This document shows positions 1 to 10,146 of a DNA stretch of 64,000 bases, one piece after another. Origin of the DNA: an uncultured delta proteobacterium (GTDB lineage: Bacteria > Desulfobacterota > Binatia > Binatales > Binataceae). Each line of letters begins with the position of its first letter. The stretch's first letter is position 1. The notes beneath the pieces were generated by a model that had not been told where the DNA came from, made no database searches, and saw nothing but the letters and a program-made list of their open reading frames with translations. The DNA is taken from NCBI GenBank assembly GCA_963842085.1, contig CAWJET010000001.1, positions 1,184,001 to 1,248,000 on the forward strand, given 5' to 3'. Position numbers and translations under genes: made by a program.

Positions 1-651
1 CACCTTGCTGGTGCCATCGAGAGCCATGCCGGTGGACCCATCGGGGTGTCCAAACCGGTAAGCAATCGCAAGCGCCGAGAAAAAAAGCAGCGCGACAATC
101 TGGATCGCGTTGATCGCAATATTGACATTCGTGGACCCGACCACGCCCCGGTATGCGATCCAGGCCACAAAGTACGCGAAAATTATCGCAATCAGTGCCA
201 TGAAAACCGGGCCCGGGATCGCCGCATTCATATAGTTGGGAGCTATGCTGCCGACGATATAGCCGATCATGATGCCCATCGTCGCCACCATCACGCCGGG
301 GTAAACCCAATAGTAAAGGTGCGATGACCAGCCAGTGACGAACTTCGCGATTCGGGCGAACCTGTACGCATGTGTGGTATTGAGAAACGCCTTCTCCGCG
401 AAAAGGTACGAGCTACCCGCCCCTGGATAGAGCTTGGCGAGCTCCGCGTAGGAGATCGCGGTCGCGTAGGCAAGTACTATGGCGAAGAAGATTCCTGCCC
501 ACATCGCCATGCCGGACGGGTACGCGTAACCGGCTTGGACTACGAACGTGATCCACAGGAACGCGCCCGGCGCGATCAACGCCATCGCGTTCACCGTCAC
601 CCCGGTCAATCCCAGGGTCGGTTTCATCTTGGGTTCTGTTGCTTCGGCCAT
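1..651 (-). CDS. APC-family amino acid permease (3' part runs off the window)
   Basis: Manual translation MAEATEPKMKPTLGLTGVTVNAMALIAPGAFLW...YAELAKLYPGAGSSYLF; multiple TM helices; GGAGG RBS upstream of ATG at 651. Confidence 0.85.
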   Translation of the reverse strand, partial: MAEATEPKMKPTLGLTGVTVNAMALIAPGAFLWITFVVQAGYAYPSGMAMWAGIFFAIVLAYATAISYAELAKLYPGAGSSYLFAEKAFLNTTHAYRFARIAKFVTGWSSHLYYWVYPGVMVATMGIMIGYIVGSIAPNYMNAAIPGPVFMALIAIIFAYFVAWIAYRGVVGSTNVNIAINAIQIVALLFFSALAIAYRFGHPDGSTGMALDGTSKV

Positions 652-833
652 CTTGCCTCCTTCAATTCATTCGGCGCAGCGGTTGTCCGCCGCATCCGCG
701 TGCGGCGCTCCTGTTACGGGCAGGAGCGAACGATGCAGAAAGCACGAAAAGTGCCATTTCAAAATCGAGTGAGTATTGATGAAAAATGCAATGCGCCTGC
801 CCAAACGATAGGCATTCGCCTATCGGTCGGTCA

Positions 834-2342
834 TCAGTGCGCGCTAGCAGGAATTCCGACCGCCACCATCAATAGGGGACTCTTCCCCGCCGCGTGCGGC
901 TCGAAGAATTTGGTCGTGTCGTCGTCGTAAAAAGTGAGTCCGGTCGCGCCGCGGCCGAGCGAATATGCCGCGAGATAGGCCCGGCCACCGAGAATTCCGG
1001 CCTCGAGATGCGCGTCGCCGTAGCCGCGATTTCCCAAGGCGCGCAGCACGCGCTCGAGCTCGGCCATGTACACCACTAGGGCAGAACAATCCATTCCGAG
1101 CGGCTGCTCGAGGCACAAATACCCGGCCTCACCGCGGAAGTTGCCTGCCTTCAGCAACTCGAACACGCGCGCATCCCGGTCGTAATAGTATGCTCCGGGT
1201 TCCAGCCCTTCCGCTGCGTTGACGATCAGGTAAGTGTCGGTCAACCGCGGAAAGTCGGCCTGCGGATGTTCGCTTGAGGCGGCCATGATCGTCGCGAGTT
1301 CTTCGGCGGTAATCGCGTCCTGGGCGAATGCCCGCGACGATCCTCGGCGGATGATCGTCTCGCCGAGTCCCCTGGAATCTTCCGCGGCTATCGTTTCGAA
1401 ACGTAGCGCACTCGTGCTCGACGACGGCGGAGCCGAATCCAGTTGCGCAGCCGAAAGCGTAGCGACCGCATCGGTCGTGAGCAGCCGCGATTCGCTATGC
1501 ATCTTGACGAGGTCCGGGTACGCGACCTCCTTCGACGAAAGCGGAATCGACTCGAGCGTCAACGGCCCGATCTCAGGCGATGGTCCAGCGGGTTCATCGG
1601 TGCGCCCGAGCGCGACCAGCGCGATCATGCCCTCGCGCTCGCCGTCGATTCCGAGCAACGCCTCGAGCGCCGGATCCTCGAACGCGGTGATCACTTCGGC
1701 GGAAATTTCCTCGGCCGCGGCAGCCGCGAGCAGATTCGCAAGCAGCGTTCCCGCGTCCCAATAGCAATAGCGGTACGCGCGCGCGCGATATTTCCACTCG
1801 CTGCGCCAGTAAATCGCCGACAATGCGAGCACGGCTCTCGCGCGCCTAATCGACGGGCGCCTCGCAGCCGCGTCCGCAATGTAACCACGCCAATCGCCGC
1901 GCCGCAGCCCGGCCATCCGCAAATCCGCGGGTGAAAAGTGGTAAAGGCCCGCCTCGAGGCCCTCAACGTTGCCGGCAGCCGCATAAATCTCGATCGGATA
2001 CAGGGCGCCCGCAGACGGCGCGGCGCGGAAATGATAGTCGTCGGCGCCCACCCGCTTGTGCCGGGTCAGGCCGTTGGCACAGAACAAGATTCGCGTCAGC
2101 GCCGCCGTATCAATCGATGCGGAAAAATCCGCCGGCACGTGCGACGAAAGCGCCGACAGCGTCGGCGTCGCGGAAAGGTTCAGATCGCGCGGCAAAGCGA
2201 CCGACGCGGCTCCGGGATAAATCTTGTAGGGGAGCGGCTTGATGTCCCAATCGAGAAAATGCGGCGACGAACGCACGCTGGTGTACGAATGCTTGGTGAT
2301 TTCGTGAAAAACGCGCGCCGCTTCGATGTAATCGTTGCCCAA
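834..2342 (-). CDS. SagB/ThcOx-family dehydrogenase (tandem nitroreductase domains)
   Basis: RAAPSAGALYP, WKYRARAYRYCYWDAG and second-domain IIRRGSSRAF...ATGLTFYDD motifs. Confidence 0.85.
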   Translation of the reverse strand: MGNDYIEAARVFHEITKHSYTSVRSSPHFLDWDIKPLPYKIYPGAASVALPRDLNLSATPTLSALSSHVPADFSASIDTAALTRILFCANGLTRHKRVGADDYHFRAAPSAGALYPIEIYAAAGNVEGLEAGLYHFSPADLRMAGLRRGDWRGYIADAAARRPSIRRARAVLALSAIYWRSEWKYRARAYRYCYWDAGTLLANLLAAAAAEEISAEVITAFEDPALEALLGIDGEREGMIALVALGRTDEPAGPSPEIGPLTLESIPLSSKEVAYPDLVKMHSESRLLTTDAVATLSAAQLDSAPPSSSTSALRFETIAAEDSRGLGETIIRRGSSRAFAQDAITAEELATIMAASSEHPQADFPRLTDTYLIVNAAEGLEPGAYYYDRDARVFELLKAGNFRGEAGYLCLEQPLGMDCSALVVYMAELERVLRALGNRGYGDAHLEAGILGGRAYLAAYSLGRGATGLTFYDDDTTKFFEPHAAGKSPLLMVAVGIPASAH

Positions 2343-2446
2343 TTCTCACTCCCGCGAATCCATACCGATCGTTCAAATTGACAGGCCCGCCGCCGCGCGT
2401 GCTATACGGGGTTTTCCACGCAACCTGTCCTGCGGGAGAGATTATC

Positions 2447-3373
2447 ATGGCGGATAAGCTTACGCCTTCGGACGTGAAAGGATTGTTCGAGAAGCTCAGC
2501 AATTGGGGGCGCTGGGGTAAGGATGACCAGCGCGGCGCCCTGAACTTTATCACCAATCAAAAACGGGCGGCCGCAGCGCGCCTGGTGCAAACCGGCGAGA
2601 GCGTATCGATGGCGCTGCCGCTCGCCACGATCCCCGCGCCCGACAACCCTTTGCCGGTCACTCACCTGATGGTGCAAGCGGGCCACGACTCGCAGGAGCA
2701 GGCTCTGCCCCATGTCGGCGACTATTTCGCGATCGCGCCGCATGGTTATTCCAATACTCACCTCGACGCTCTTTGCCACGTGTTCTGGCAAAACAAAATG
2801 TATAACGGCTTCGACGCAAGCGAAGTCGGCTCGCATGGCGCAAAAAAGTGCGCGATCGACGTGACCCGCGCGGGCATCGTCAGTCGCGGCGTCCTGCTGG
2901 ATATTCCACGCCTCAAAAAAATCGAATGGATGGAACCGGGCGAAAAGATCCTGCCTGAAGATCTCGACGCCGCCGAGAAAGCGCAGCACGTTCACGTCGA
3001 AGAAGGCGACGTGCTGATGATTCGCACGGGCCGCGCGGCGATGCGCAAGGTCAAAGGCGGATGGGATCCTTACAGGGTCGGACTGCCCGGCCTCGACGCC
3101 GCCTGCCTGCCATGGCTCCACGAGCGGCGCGTAGCAGTTCTCGGCAGCGACGCGGTCAGCGACGTGTTCCCGAGCGGTTACGACGGGGTCCCGCTGCCGA
3201 TTCACGTCGGCACGCTGGTCGCGATGGGCATCCACCTGATCGACAACGCCGACCTCGACGCGGTCTCGTCAGCCTGCGCCGGACTCGGGCGCAACGAGTT
3301 CATGTTCTCGATGGCGCCGCTGATCCTCGAGCGCGGCACCGCGTCGCCGGTCAATCCACTCGCGATCTTTTGA
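2447..3373 (+). CDS. Cyclase family protein (kynurenine formamidase-like)
   Basis: NWGRWGKDDQRGALN N-terminus; HGYSNTHLDALCH metal motif; SPVNPLAIF end. Confidence 0.85.
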   Translation: MADKLTPSDVKGLFEKLSNWGRWGKDDQRGALNFITNQKRAAAARLVQTGESVSMALPLATIPAPDNPLPVTHLMVQAGHDSQEQALPHVGDYFAIAPHGYSNTHLDALCHVFWQNKMYNGFDASEVGSHGAKKCAIDVTRAGIVSRGVLLDIPRLKKIEWMEPGEKILPEDLDAAEKAQHVHVEEGDVLMIRTGRAAMRKVKGGWDPYRVGLPGLDAACLPWLHERRVAVLGSDAVSDVFPSGYDGVPLPIHVGTLVAMGIHLIDNADLDAVSSACAGLGRNEFMFSMAPLILERGTASPVNPLAIF

Positions 3374-3411
3374 TTAGTCAGTGACTACTGGCTACTGCGG
3401 GAGTTGATACT

Positions 3412-4611
3412 ATGAAGACCGAAGATTTGGTTATTGATTGCGACGGACATATCCTCGAACCGCCCGATCTCTGGGAGAAGTATATCGACCCCAGGTATCG
3501 GGAGCGCGCGATGCGCATCCGCGTCGGCGACGACGGCTTCGAGTATCTCGAGATCGATCGCAAACACGCCCAGATGACCCGGCCCGGCCTGCTCGGCTCG
3601 CTCGGCGGGATGGGCAAGAAGGTCGAGGACGCCAGGAAGTTGCGTGAGACCGCGACGCGCGGCGAGGTCAAGCCCGAGCAGGTGCGGATGCTCGCGCCGA
3701 AACCCGAGGACACTTACCTGAAGGGCGCGGCCTTCGGCACCATGGTCATGAAGGAACGGCTCGAGCTGCTCAACCGGGAAGGGATGGCGAAAACGATTCT
3801 CTATCCGACGATCGGGCTGCTCTGGGAAGCCGAACTCTTCGACGCCGAGCTCTCGGCCGCATACTGCCGCGCCTACAACCGCTGGATCGCGGACTTCTGC
3901 CGCGACTCGGGCGGACGCTTGATCCCGATTGCGCATCTTTCGCTCGGCGACCCCGCCGAAGCCGCACGCGAGCTCGAGCGCGCGGTGAAGGACGGATGCA
4001 AGGGCGCATTTGTCTGCCCCTTCACCATCACCCGCGTTCCCCACGGCGACCCGCGTCACGACGCCGTCTTCGCCGCGGCGCAGGCGCTCGGCGTCCCGCT
4101 CGCGATTCATCCGACCTTCGAGCCCCCGAGCTTCGGCATCCACCACCGCTACGACAACTTCGGCTGGGCCGCGTGGTATTTCGATCTGTTCGCCGGCCAG
4201 GGCGTACAGCACGCGTTCGGCACGTTCTTCCAGTTGGGCGTATTCGACCGCTTCCCGAAATTGCGCGTTGTAGTGCTCGAGTCGCAGGCGGGATGGATCG
4301 GCTATTTCCTCGATCGCGGCGACGCCATCTTCAACGGCACTACGCTCGGCGCGACGGTCCGGCTCAAAGAGAAGCCGTCGTACTACTTCAAACGCCAGTG
4401 CTACATCTCGGCGGATCCGGACGAACGTACGATCGCGGCGATGATGGAGATTGTCGGCGAGGACAAGTTTTTCTGGGCGACCGACTATCCGCATCCCGAT
4501 CACCCCGGAAATTATCTCGAGGAACTGAAGGGGATGATCGCGCCGATGAAGGAGTCCGGACGCCGCGCGATCCTCGGCGAAAACGTCGCGCGCGCTTACC
4601 AACTCAACTGA
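3412..4611 (+). CDS. Amidohydrolase_2 family protein
   Basis: IDCDGHILEP, AYNRWIADFC and WATDYPHPD motifs. Confidence 0.85.
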   Translation: MKTEDLVIDCDGHILEPPDLWEKYIDPRYRERAMRIRVGDDGFEYLEIDRKHAQMTRPGLLGSLGGMGKKVEDARKLRETATRGEVKPEQVRMLAPKPEDTYLKGAAFGTMVMKERLELLNREGMAKTILYPTIGLLWEAELFDAELSAAYCRAYNRWIADFCRDSGGRLIPIAHLSLGDPAEAARELERAVKDGCKGAFVCPFTITRVPHGDPRHDAVFAAAQALGVPLAIHPTFEPPSFGIHHRYDNFGWAAWYFDLFAGQGVQHAFGTFFQLGVFDRFPKLRVVVLESQAGWIGYFLDRGDAIFNGTTLGATVRLKEKPSYYFKRQCYISADPDERTIAAMMEIVGEDKFFWATDYPHPDHPGNYLEELKGMIAPMKESGRRAILGENVARAYQLN

Positions 4612-4640
4612 CAGACGCGGGGCTGCGCGCTCCGCACCCG

Positions 4641-4668
4641 CGGCAGGGGTGACCCCTGCACCCAGTGA
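4641..4668. repeat. REP-like palindrome family A (CGGCAGGGGTGACCCCTGCACCCAGTGA), copy 1
   Basis: GCAGGGG/CCCCTGC hairpin; near-identical copies at 8677-8705 (inverted) and 13567-13589. Confidence 0.75.
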
Positions 4669-4739
4669 TAACGATACGGCTCTGCTGTGCTGCGCCGCAG
4701 CTCAGTCTATACTCGACCATCCATCCGCTGGAGGAATCT

Positions 4740-5288
4740 ATGCCCCGTCCGAGGCTCCACCGCCGCTCACTGACTTCACCCGCCGCCGTTGTATCGCTGG
4801 CGATGCTGCTCGCGTGCGTGACTTCCTCCTGCAACTCGCAGTCGTTCCAACCGTCTTCGGGACCATCGATGCCCGTGCCTCCGCCCGCTCCGGTGCAGCC
4901 GCCCCCGCCGCCGATGAACGTCGCGCGGCTGCTCAATGGAAACTGGATGGCGACCTATCCGGGCGGTCCGCTGCGCGTGGTGATCGGTCTCGACCCGATG
5001 CTGCGTGGGCGCAACTACGTCGCGACCCTGGTTGACGGCAACAAGAATATCCCGCCGGGCCAGACCGTGTGGAAGGGAACACTCGATCAAAACGTGCCGG
5101 GTATCGTGCAGGCCGACCAGATTTGCGCCGAGCATGGATTCCTGCAGGCGCGATGGGTGAAAGCGCGAATAATCGTCAGCGACGCGAGCAACTTCCGCGT
5201 AGAACTCGTCAATCCAAATGATTGCGCCGGATTCCCGGTAAAGTTCACCCGCGTCGGACCCGCACCGACGGCACCGGTCAAGGATTGA
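4740..5288 (+). CDS. Hypothetical exported/lipoprotein with Pro-rich linker
   Basis: GGAGG RBS; hydrophobic signal ending near LACVTSSC; PVPPPAPVQPPPPP. Confidence 0.6.
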   Translation: MPRPRLHRRSLTSPAAVVSLAMLLACVTSSCNSQSFQPSSGPSMPVPPPAPVQPPPPPMNVARLLNGNWMATYPGGPLRVVIGLDPMLRGRNYVATLVDGNKNIPPGQTVWKGTLDQNVPGIVQADQICAEHGFLQARWVKARIIVSDASNFRVELVNPNDCAGFPVKFTRVGPAPTAPVKD

Positions 5289-5292
5289 GACG

Positions 5293-5440
5293 GTCATTCT
5301 GAAGCCGCAACGCGGCGTTGAATCCCGGTCGTCTGTCATCCCGACGCCGCGACCACGCACGTCGTCATTCTGACGACCCGAGCAACGCGCTTCCTCAGTC
5401 ATTCTGACGACCCGAGCAACGCGAGGGGAGGAAGAACCTC
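5293..5440. repeat. Cluster of GTCATTCTGA-type REP-like repeats between convergent genes
   Basis: GTCATTCTGA at 5293, 5364 and 5398; exact 26-bp direct repeat GTCATTCTGACGACCCGAGCAACGCG at 5364-5389 and 5398-5423. Confidence 0.75.
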
Positions 5441-5514
5441 GGACAGCTTCGCGCCACGCGAAGCCGGTACCGGTCTCTTAAATCGCGCGCTGCGCGCGCT
5501 CCGCTGCCGCGCAA

Positions 5515-6708
5515 CTATACGAGCATCCCGGCCTGCACCACGGTCGGACCGTCGCTCTTGGGGATTTTCGGCTCGGGCTTGCGCTTCATCGCCTTCTCGA
5601 GAATCGGTGCGATTTGCTCGGCCTTCTGCCGCGCGCGCTTCTGTTCGCGCTCCTTGAACTCGGGCATCACCTTCTCCGCGAACAGGTTGAGCGACGAGCA
5701 GATGTCCTCGTGCTTGTTGTTGCCCGCCTGCGAGATGAACACGACCTGGTCGACGCCGGCTTCCTCAAACTCGCGCAGCCGCGTGCGAATCTGGTCCGGC
5801 GATCCGACGCACGAGTTCGAGCCGTCCATCCCCGGCAGACTGATCGGGCTGGTTTTGAAATTGTTCCAGATGTTGGTCTTGCCTGGCTCATGCCGCCCGA
5901 ACGCATAATGATGGCCCAGCGCGTACGAAAAAAACTTGAGCCCCTCTTCGCCCATCTTGTGCGCCAGCTCCGCGTCGTTGTCGCACATGAAGCCGGTGAC
6001 GATCGCGATGTTCGCGTTGATCGCGTATCCGATCGGCTCGCACTCATTCTCGAGCGTCGTGTAGTAGTCGTTGACCCATTGCCGCGCCTCTTCCGGCGAC
6101 ACGAACGCGAACGTCAACGCGCCGATTCCCAGCTTGGCCGCCAGGTGAATCGTCTCGCGCCGCGAGCACGCCACCCACAGCGGCGGATGCGGTTTCTGCA
6201 CCGGCTTCGGCACCACGTTGCGCACCGGCATCTTGAAGTACTTGCCCTCATGCCCGAGAAACGGTTCCTCGACGAACATCCGCGCGATCGCGCCCAGCGA
6301 CTTCTGCCACATCTCGCGCTTGTCCGCGCGTGGGATGAGAAAGCCGCCGAGCTCGAGCTCGGCCGACGATTCGCCCGTGCCGAACTCGACGCGCCCGCCG
6401 CTCACCAGGTCAAGCGTCGCGATCCGCTCCGCCACGCGCGCCGGATGATTGTAGGCCGGCGGCAGCAGCACGATGCCGTGACCGAGCCGAATCTGCTTGG
6501 TCCGCTGGCTCGCAGCCGCCAGAAAAATCTCGGGCGCGGACGAATGCGCGTACTCCTCGAGAAAGTGATGCTCCACTTCCCACATATGATCGATGCCGAG
6601 CTTGTCCGCGAGTTCGACCTGGTCGAGCGCGTCCTGGAACAGCTTCAGCTCCGCACCCTCCTTCCATGGCCGTGGCAGCTGATGCTCATAAAAAGTTCCC
6701 AACTTCAT
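5515..6708 (-). CDS. LLM-class flavin-dependent oxidoreductase
   Basis: WEVEHHFLEEY, HPARVAERIATLDLVSGGRVEFGTG, PKPVQKPHPPLW. Confidence 0.9.
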   Translation of the reverse strand: MKLGTFYEHQLPRPWKEGAELKLFQDALDQVELADKLGIDHMWEVEHHFLEEYAHSSAPEIFLAAASQRTKQIRLGHGIVLLPPAYNHPARVAERIATLDLVSGGRVEFGTGESSAELELGGFLIPRADKREMWQKSLGAIARMFVEEPFLGHEGKYFKMPVRNVVPKPVQKPHPPLWVACSRRETIHLAAKLGIGALTFAFVSPEEARQWVNDYYTTLENECEPIGYAINANIAIVTGFMCDNDAELAHKMGEEGLKFFSYALGHHYAFGRHEPGKTNIWNNFKTSPISLPGMDGSNSCVGSPDQIRTRLREFEEAGVDQVVFISQAGNNKHEDICSSLNLFAEKVMPEFKEREQKRARQKAEQIAPILEKAMKRKPEPKIPKSDGPTVVQAGMLV

Positions 6709-6780
6709 AAACGCAATTCTCTCCTTGTTTTCAAAAACTTTGGATAATCCGGCTCGCCCTTCTTCCCTCTGTATCCTTGT

Positions 6781-6807
6781 GTCATTCAGAGCGAAGCGAA
6801 GAATCCC
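6781..6807 (+). repeat. REP-like element GTCATTCAGAGCGAAGCGAAGAATCCC
   Basis: Same GTCATTC head as the 5293-5440 cluster; intergenic. Confidence 0.6.
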
Positions 6808-6843
6808 GATCCTTTCTTCTTCTCGCCCAGAAGTTTTCAGGAT

Positions 6844-7536
6844 CTATTGGCGCAAGGCTGTCGGCGTTTCCGTATCCGCCGTGAACAGCGTGCGCTCGAC
6901 CATGTCGATCACTTCGCGCTTGCGCCGCTCGATCATCGCCGGCTCGAGCAGGTTCATGCTCCACAGCCGCCGGACCATCGCCGCCGTCGTAAAGTAGCCG
7001 ATCGTGATCGAGTTCAGGCTCCACATGAAATGCAGCGGATCGACTTCGGTGCGGAACTCGCCGTCGCGCTGTCCGCGGAAAATAAAATTCACCGCGATCG
7101 AAAACAGCGGCGGCAGGCGCCGTTTGAGCACCTGCCGGCCGACGCCGCTTTCGTCGGCCATCTCCTTCCACATGATTCGCACGAAATCCGGGTGGCTCGC
7201 GATAAAATCGATCGCGTCCGCGACCGCCTTTCGCATCCGCTCCTGCGGCCTTTCGCGCCCCCACGCGATCGCGTTGGCCGCGTCCTCCTGGCTCTCGAAC
7301 ATCTTGTCGAGCACCGCGAGGTAGAGCTGCTGCTTGGACGGGAAATGATGTAACAGCGACGGCGCCTTGATCCCGATTCTCTTTGCGATGTCGCGCAGAC
7401 TGGTGCCGCGGTACCCGCGCTCGGCGAACAGCGCCCGCGCCACCTGCAGCACCCGATCGCGCGTATCGGCAGGCCGCCGCAGATCGACGACCTTCGCACC
7501 GGCACGCACACCTGAATTTTTCGAAATACTTCTCAC
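6844..7536 (-). CDS. TetR/AcrR family transcriptional regulator (start uncertain)
   Basis: TRDRVLQVARALFAERGYRGTSLRDIAKRIGIKAPSLLHHFPSK HTH. Confidence 0.9.
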   Translation of the reverse strand: MRSISKNSGVRAGAKVVDLRRPADTRDRVLQVARALFAERGYRGTSLRDIAKRIGIKAPSLLHHFPSKQQLYLAVLDKMFESQEDAANAIAWGRERPQERMRKAVADAIDFIASHPDFVRIMWKEMADESGVGRQVLKRRLPPLFSIAVNFIFRGQRDGEFRTEVDPLHFMWSLNSITIGYFTTAAMVRRLWSMNLLEPAMIERRKREVIDMVERTLFTADTETPTALRQ

Positions 7537-7549
7537 AGACTCGCCAAAA

Positions 7550-7578
7550 AAACTATCTAACGTCCGTTAGGGTGTCAA
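7550..7578 (-). promoter_or_regulatory. Sigma70 promoter TTGACA-17-TAGTTT with palindromic operator in the spacer
   Basis: -35 at 7578-7573, -10 at 7555-7550; perfect-arm palindrome CTAACG-TC-CGTTAG at 7557-7570. Confidence 0.7.
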
Positions 7579-7579
7579 A

Positions 7580-7849
7580 TTACGCACTTTTGAGCAGGTC
7601 TTCCCGCACCGCCTTCACTTCCTTGCGCACTGCTTGCCGCACCACAGTTTCGAGCCGGGCGCCCCTAATGTATTCGCGCAACGCATCATTGATTAGGGTC
7701 TGATAGTTGCCGCCGCCGGCGCGATCCACTTTCTCAAGGAAATGCTCGATGATCTCATTATCCAAACGTATCGTGACTCGGGTCTTCCCCGGTGTCGGCG
7801 GTACTACCGGGCCTCGGCAAGCCTTGCGGAAATCGTATTCTTTCTTCAT
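7580..7849 (-). CDS. brnA: BrnA antitoxin
   Basis: MKKEYDF...KTRVTIRLD...YQTLINDALREY. Confidence 0.85.
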   Translation of the reverse strand: MKKEYDFRKACRGPVVPPTPGKTRVTIRLDNEIIEHFLEKVDRAGGGNYQTLINDALREYIRGARLETVVRQAVRKEVKAVREDLLKSA

Positions 7850-8117
7850 CTATTTCTTCTCTCGTACTCAGCCCGCTCATTTCGCGTGGCCTTGCGGGCG
7901 GAAATGATTCTGATCCGATCGGCGCGATTGGTGTAAACAACGACGAGGACTCTTCCGAGGGAGCTTAAACCGAGCGCGACAAATCGTTCTTCGTCCGGCT
8001 CGTCGTCCGGCATCATCAGCATCGCTTTGTCTTCGAACACGGTCACCGCTTCGGCGAAGCGTACCCGATGCTTTCGCAGGTTGCTCGTGCCTTGTTCGGA
8101 TCCCACTCAAATTGCAC
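7846..8117 (-). pseudogene. brnT: BrnT toxin with a 1-bp frameshift near codon 10
   Basis: GTG-QFEWDPNKA in one frame, SNLRKHRVRFAEA...RIISARKAT in another; shift near 8085-8090; GGGGAGG RBS. Confidence 0.8.
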
Positions 8118-8599
8118 CACCTCCCCCTTGTGCATATTTGTACACGAATGACGGATCGGCGTCCACCAACGCCGGCTTAGCCCTTATCGTCCACAATCTG
8201 CTATCATGAGCGCAGTGAACCACACCACCTGTGAACAGCCATCCCTGCCCAAAATAACGCCCGCGCCCCAGTCGCCCCAGCCGTGACCACTGCGCCGGCC
8301 GACGCCCGCTTTCGAAATCTAAAATTTGACGGAACGAACCCACCGATAGTGGTCCGCCATCCTTGCGCCCCAATAGGTAGTATGAAGTGCCTCCTGTCGA
8401 CGCTTTCCTGGTTCCGCAAAGCATCCTCAGCTCGCGCAAATGGAACACGAAGCCCCATCGCCGGACAGCTCGCCGACACCCTTTTGCACTCCGAGCACCA
8501 GCATCGATCGGCCTTCACCAGGCACCCCAGCTCTCCGTCACCGCTTCGCTTTCTAACTGCGACCCCATCGTAGTAAGTTTTGTCCGAAGGAACAGGGTA

Positions 8600-8705
8600 G
8601 AAATTCACGGAAGCGCGGCTCCTCTCATAAACCCTTCGCGAAAGCCGCGCTTCGCGGATTTCGCGTCTTTCACTTTTCACTGGGTGCAGGGGTCACCCCC
8701 TGCCG
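8600..8705. repeat. Long hairpin plus REP family A copy 2 upstream of the amidase
   Basis: GAAATTCACGGAAGCGCGGCT (8600-8620) pairs imperfectly with AGCCGCGCTTCGCGGATTTC (8643-8662); REP copy at 8677-8705. Confidence 0.6.
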
Positions 8706-8723
8706 CCCACCGCGCAGGTGATT

Positions 8724-10142
8724 ATGTCCGCCATGAACGAACTGTATTGGAAGCCGGCGTATGAACTCGCCGCGATGATTCGCAAGCGCGAACTCAAGCC
8801 CAGCGAATTGATGTACGTGACCATCCGGCGAATCGAGCAGACCAACCCCAAGCTCAACGCCTTTGTTGCGCTGCGCGCCGACGCCGCGATGGCTGAGGCG
8901 CGCGCGCTCGACGAGAAGATCGCGCACGGCGAGAAGGTCGGCGCGCTCGCCGGATTGCCGCTCGGGGTCAAAGACCTCGAGGACACCGTCGGTCTCGTGA
9001 ACAGCCATGGGTCGAAGCCGTTCAAGGACAACGTGTCCACGACGGATTCGATCCAGGTGGCACGGCTCAAAACTGCTGGAGCCATAGTTATTGGAAAAAC
9101 CAACGCGCCCGAGTTCGGATACACCGCGTTCACCAAGAACCTGCTGTTCGGCCTCACCCGCAATCCGTGGAACCTCGAGCGCACGCCCGGCGGCTCGTCA
9201 GGCGGCACTTCGGCTGCGATCGCGGCCGGCGTCGTGCCGATTTCGACCGGCTCCGACGGGGGAGGCTCGGTCCGAATCCCGGCGTGTTACACGGGATGCT
9301 ACGGGTTGAAGCCGACCTACGGCAGGATTCCGAACGACCCGACGCTCGGGATGCAGCAATGGAACGACACCTCCGTGCATGGCCCGATCACGCGCACCGT
9401 GCGCGACGCCGCGCTCTTTATGGACGCGGTCGTCGGCTATCACCCGGCCGATCCTGACTCGCTGCCCCATCCGGGAATTTCTTACAGCACGATCCTCGAG
9501 CGCATCCCGAACAAACTTCGCATCGCGTTTCATCCCGACTTCGGCCACCTCGTGCAGACCGACGTGGCGCGCGAAATCGCAAAAGCCGCCGCCGTGTTCA
9601 AGGACCTCGGCCACGACCTGACGACGATCGACGATCCCGTGCCCGACACCGGGCGCGCGTGGATGCAGGTCGGCGCGGGACAGGGGTACGCGATGCTGCA
9701 CGAATGGCTCGACAAATATCGCGGCGAGTTCGGCCGCGCGTTCGCCACCGGCACCGAAGCCGCGGTTCGCGTAACGTGGAAGCACATGGGCGAGGCGTAT
9801 CGCCGCCGTCGCGAGTTCAACGACTGGTGCCAGCGCGTGTTCGAGCGCTTCGACCTGCTGCTATGCCCGGTGTTGCCGACCGAGGCGTTTCCCGCCAAGG
9901 GTCCGATGCCGACCGAGATCAACGGCCAGCCGCTCAAACATCCGCTTGACGCCATCGTCTTCACCTATCCGTTCAACATGAGCGGCCATCCCGGCGCGTC
10001 GGCGCGCGCGGGCCTCACCGATTCCGGCCTGCCATGCGGATTGCAAATCGTCGCCGAGCGTCATCGCGAAGACCTCGTCCTGCAAGCGTCGTACGCCTAC
10101 GAGCAAGCGCGCCCGTGGAACAACAAATGGCCCGAGATTTAA
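8724..10142 (+). CDS. Amidase signature family protein
   Basis: GVKDL, GGSSGG and GSDGGGSVRIPA (Ser-cisSer-Lys triad). Confidence 0.9.
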   Translation: MSAMNELYWKPAYELAAMIRKRELKPSELMYVTIRRIEQTNPKLNAFVALRADAAMAEARALDEKIAHGEKVGALAGLPLGVKDLEDTVGLVNSHGSKPFKDNVSTTDSIQVARLKTAGAIVIGKTNAPEFGYTAFTKNLLFGLTRNPWNLERTPGGSSGGTSAAIAAGVVPISTGSDGGGSVRIPACYTGCYGLKPTYGRIPNDPTLGMQQWNDTSVHGPITRTVRDAALFMDAVVGYHPADPDSLPHPGISYSTILERIPNKLRIAFHPDFGHLVQTDVAREIAKAAAVFKDLGHDLTTIDDPVPDTGRAWMQVGAGQGYAMLHEWLDKYRGEFGRAFATGTEAAVRVTWKHMGEAYRRRREFNDWCQRVFERFDLLLCPVLPTEAFPAKGPMPTEINGQPLKHPLDAIVFTYPFNMSGHPGASARAGLTDSGLPCGLQIVAERHREDLVLQASYAYEQARPWNNKWPEI

Positions 10143-10146
10143 ATTC

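Noticed and set aside
834-2342. SagB-type gene as part of a RiPP (azole) cluster
   Set aside because: No YcaO, E1-like protein or precursor peptide nearby
8130-8600. ORFs in the brnT-amidase spacer
   Set aside because: No recognisable motifs or RBS; atypical codon usage
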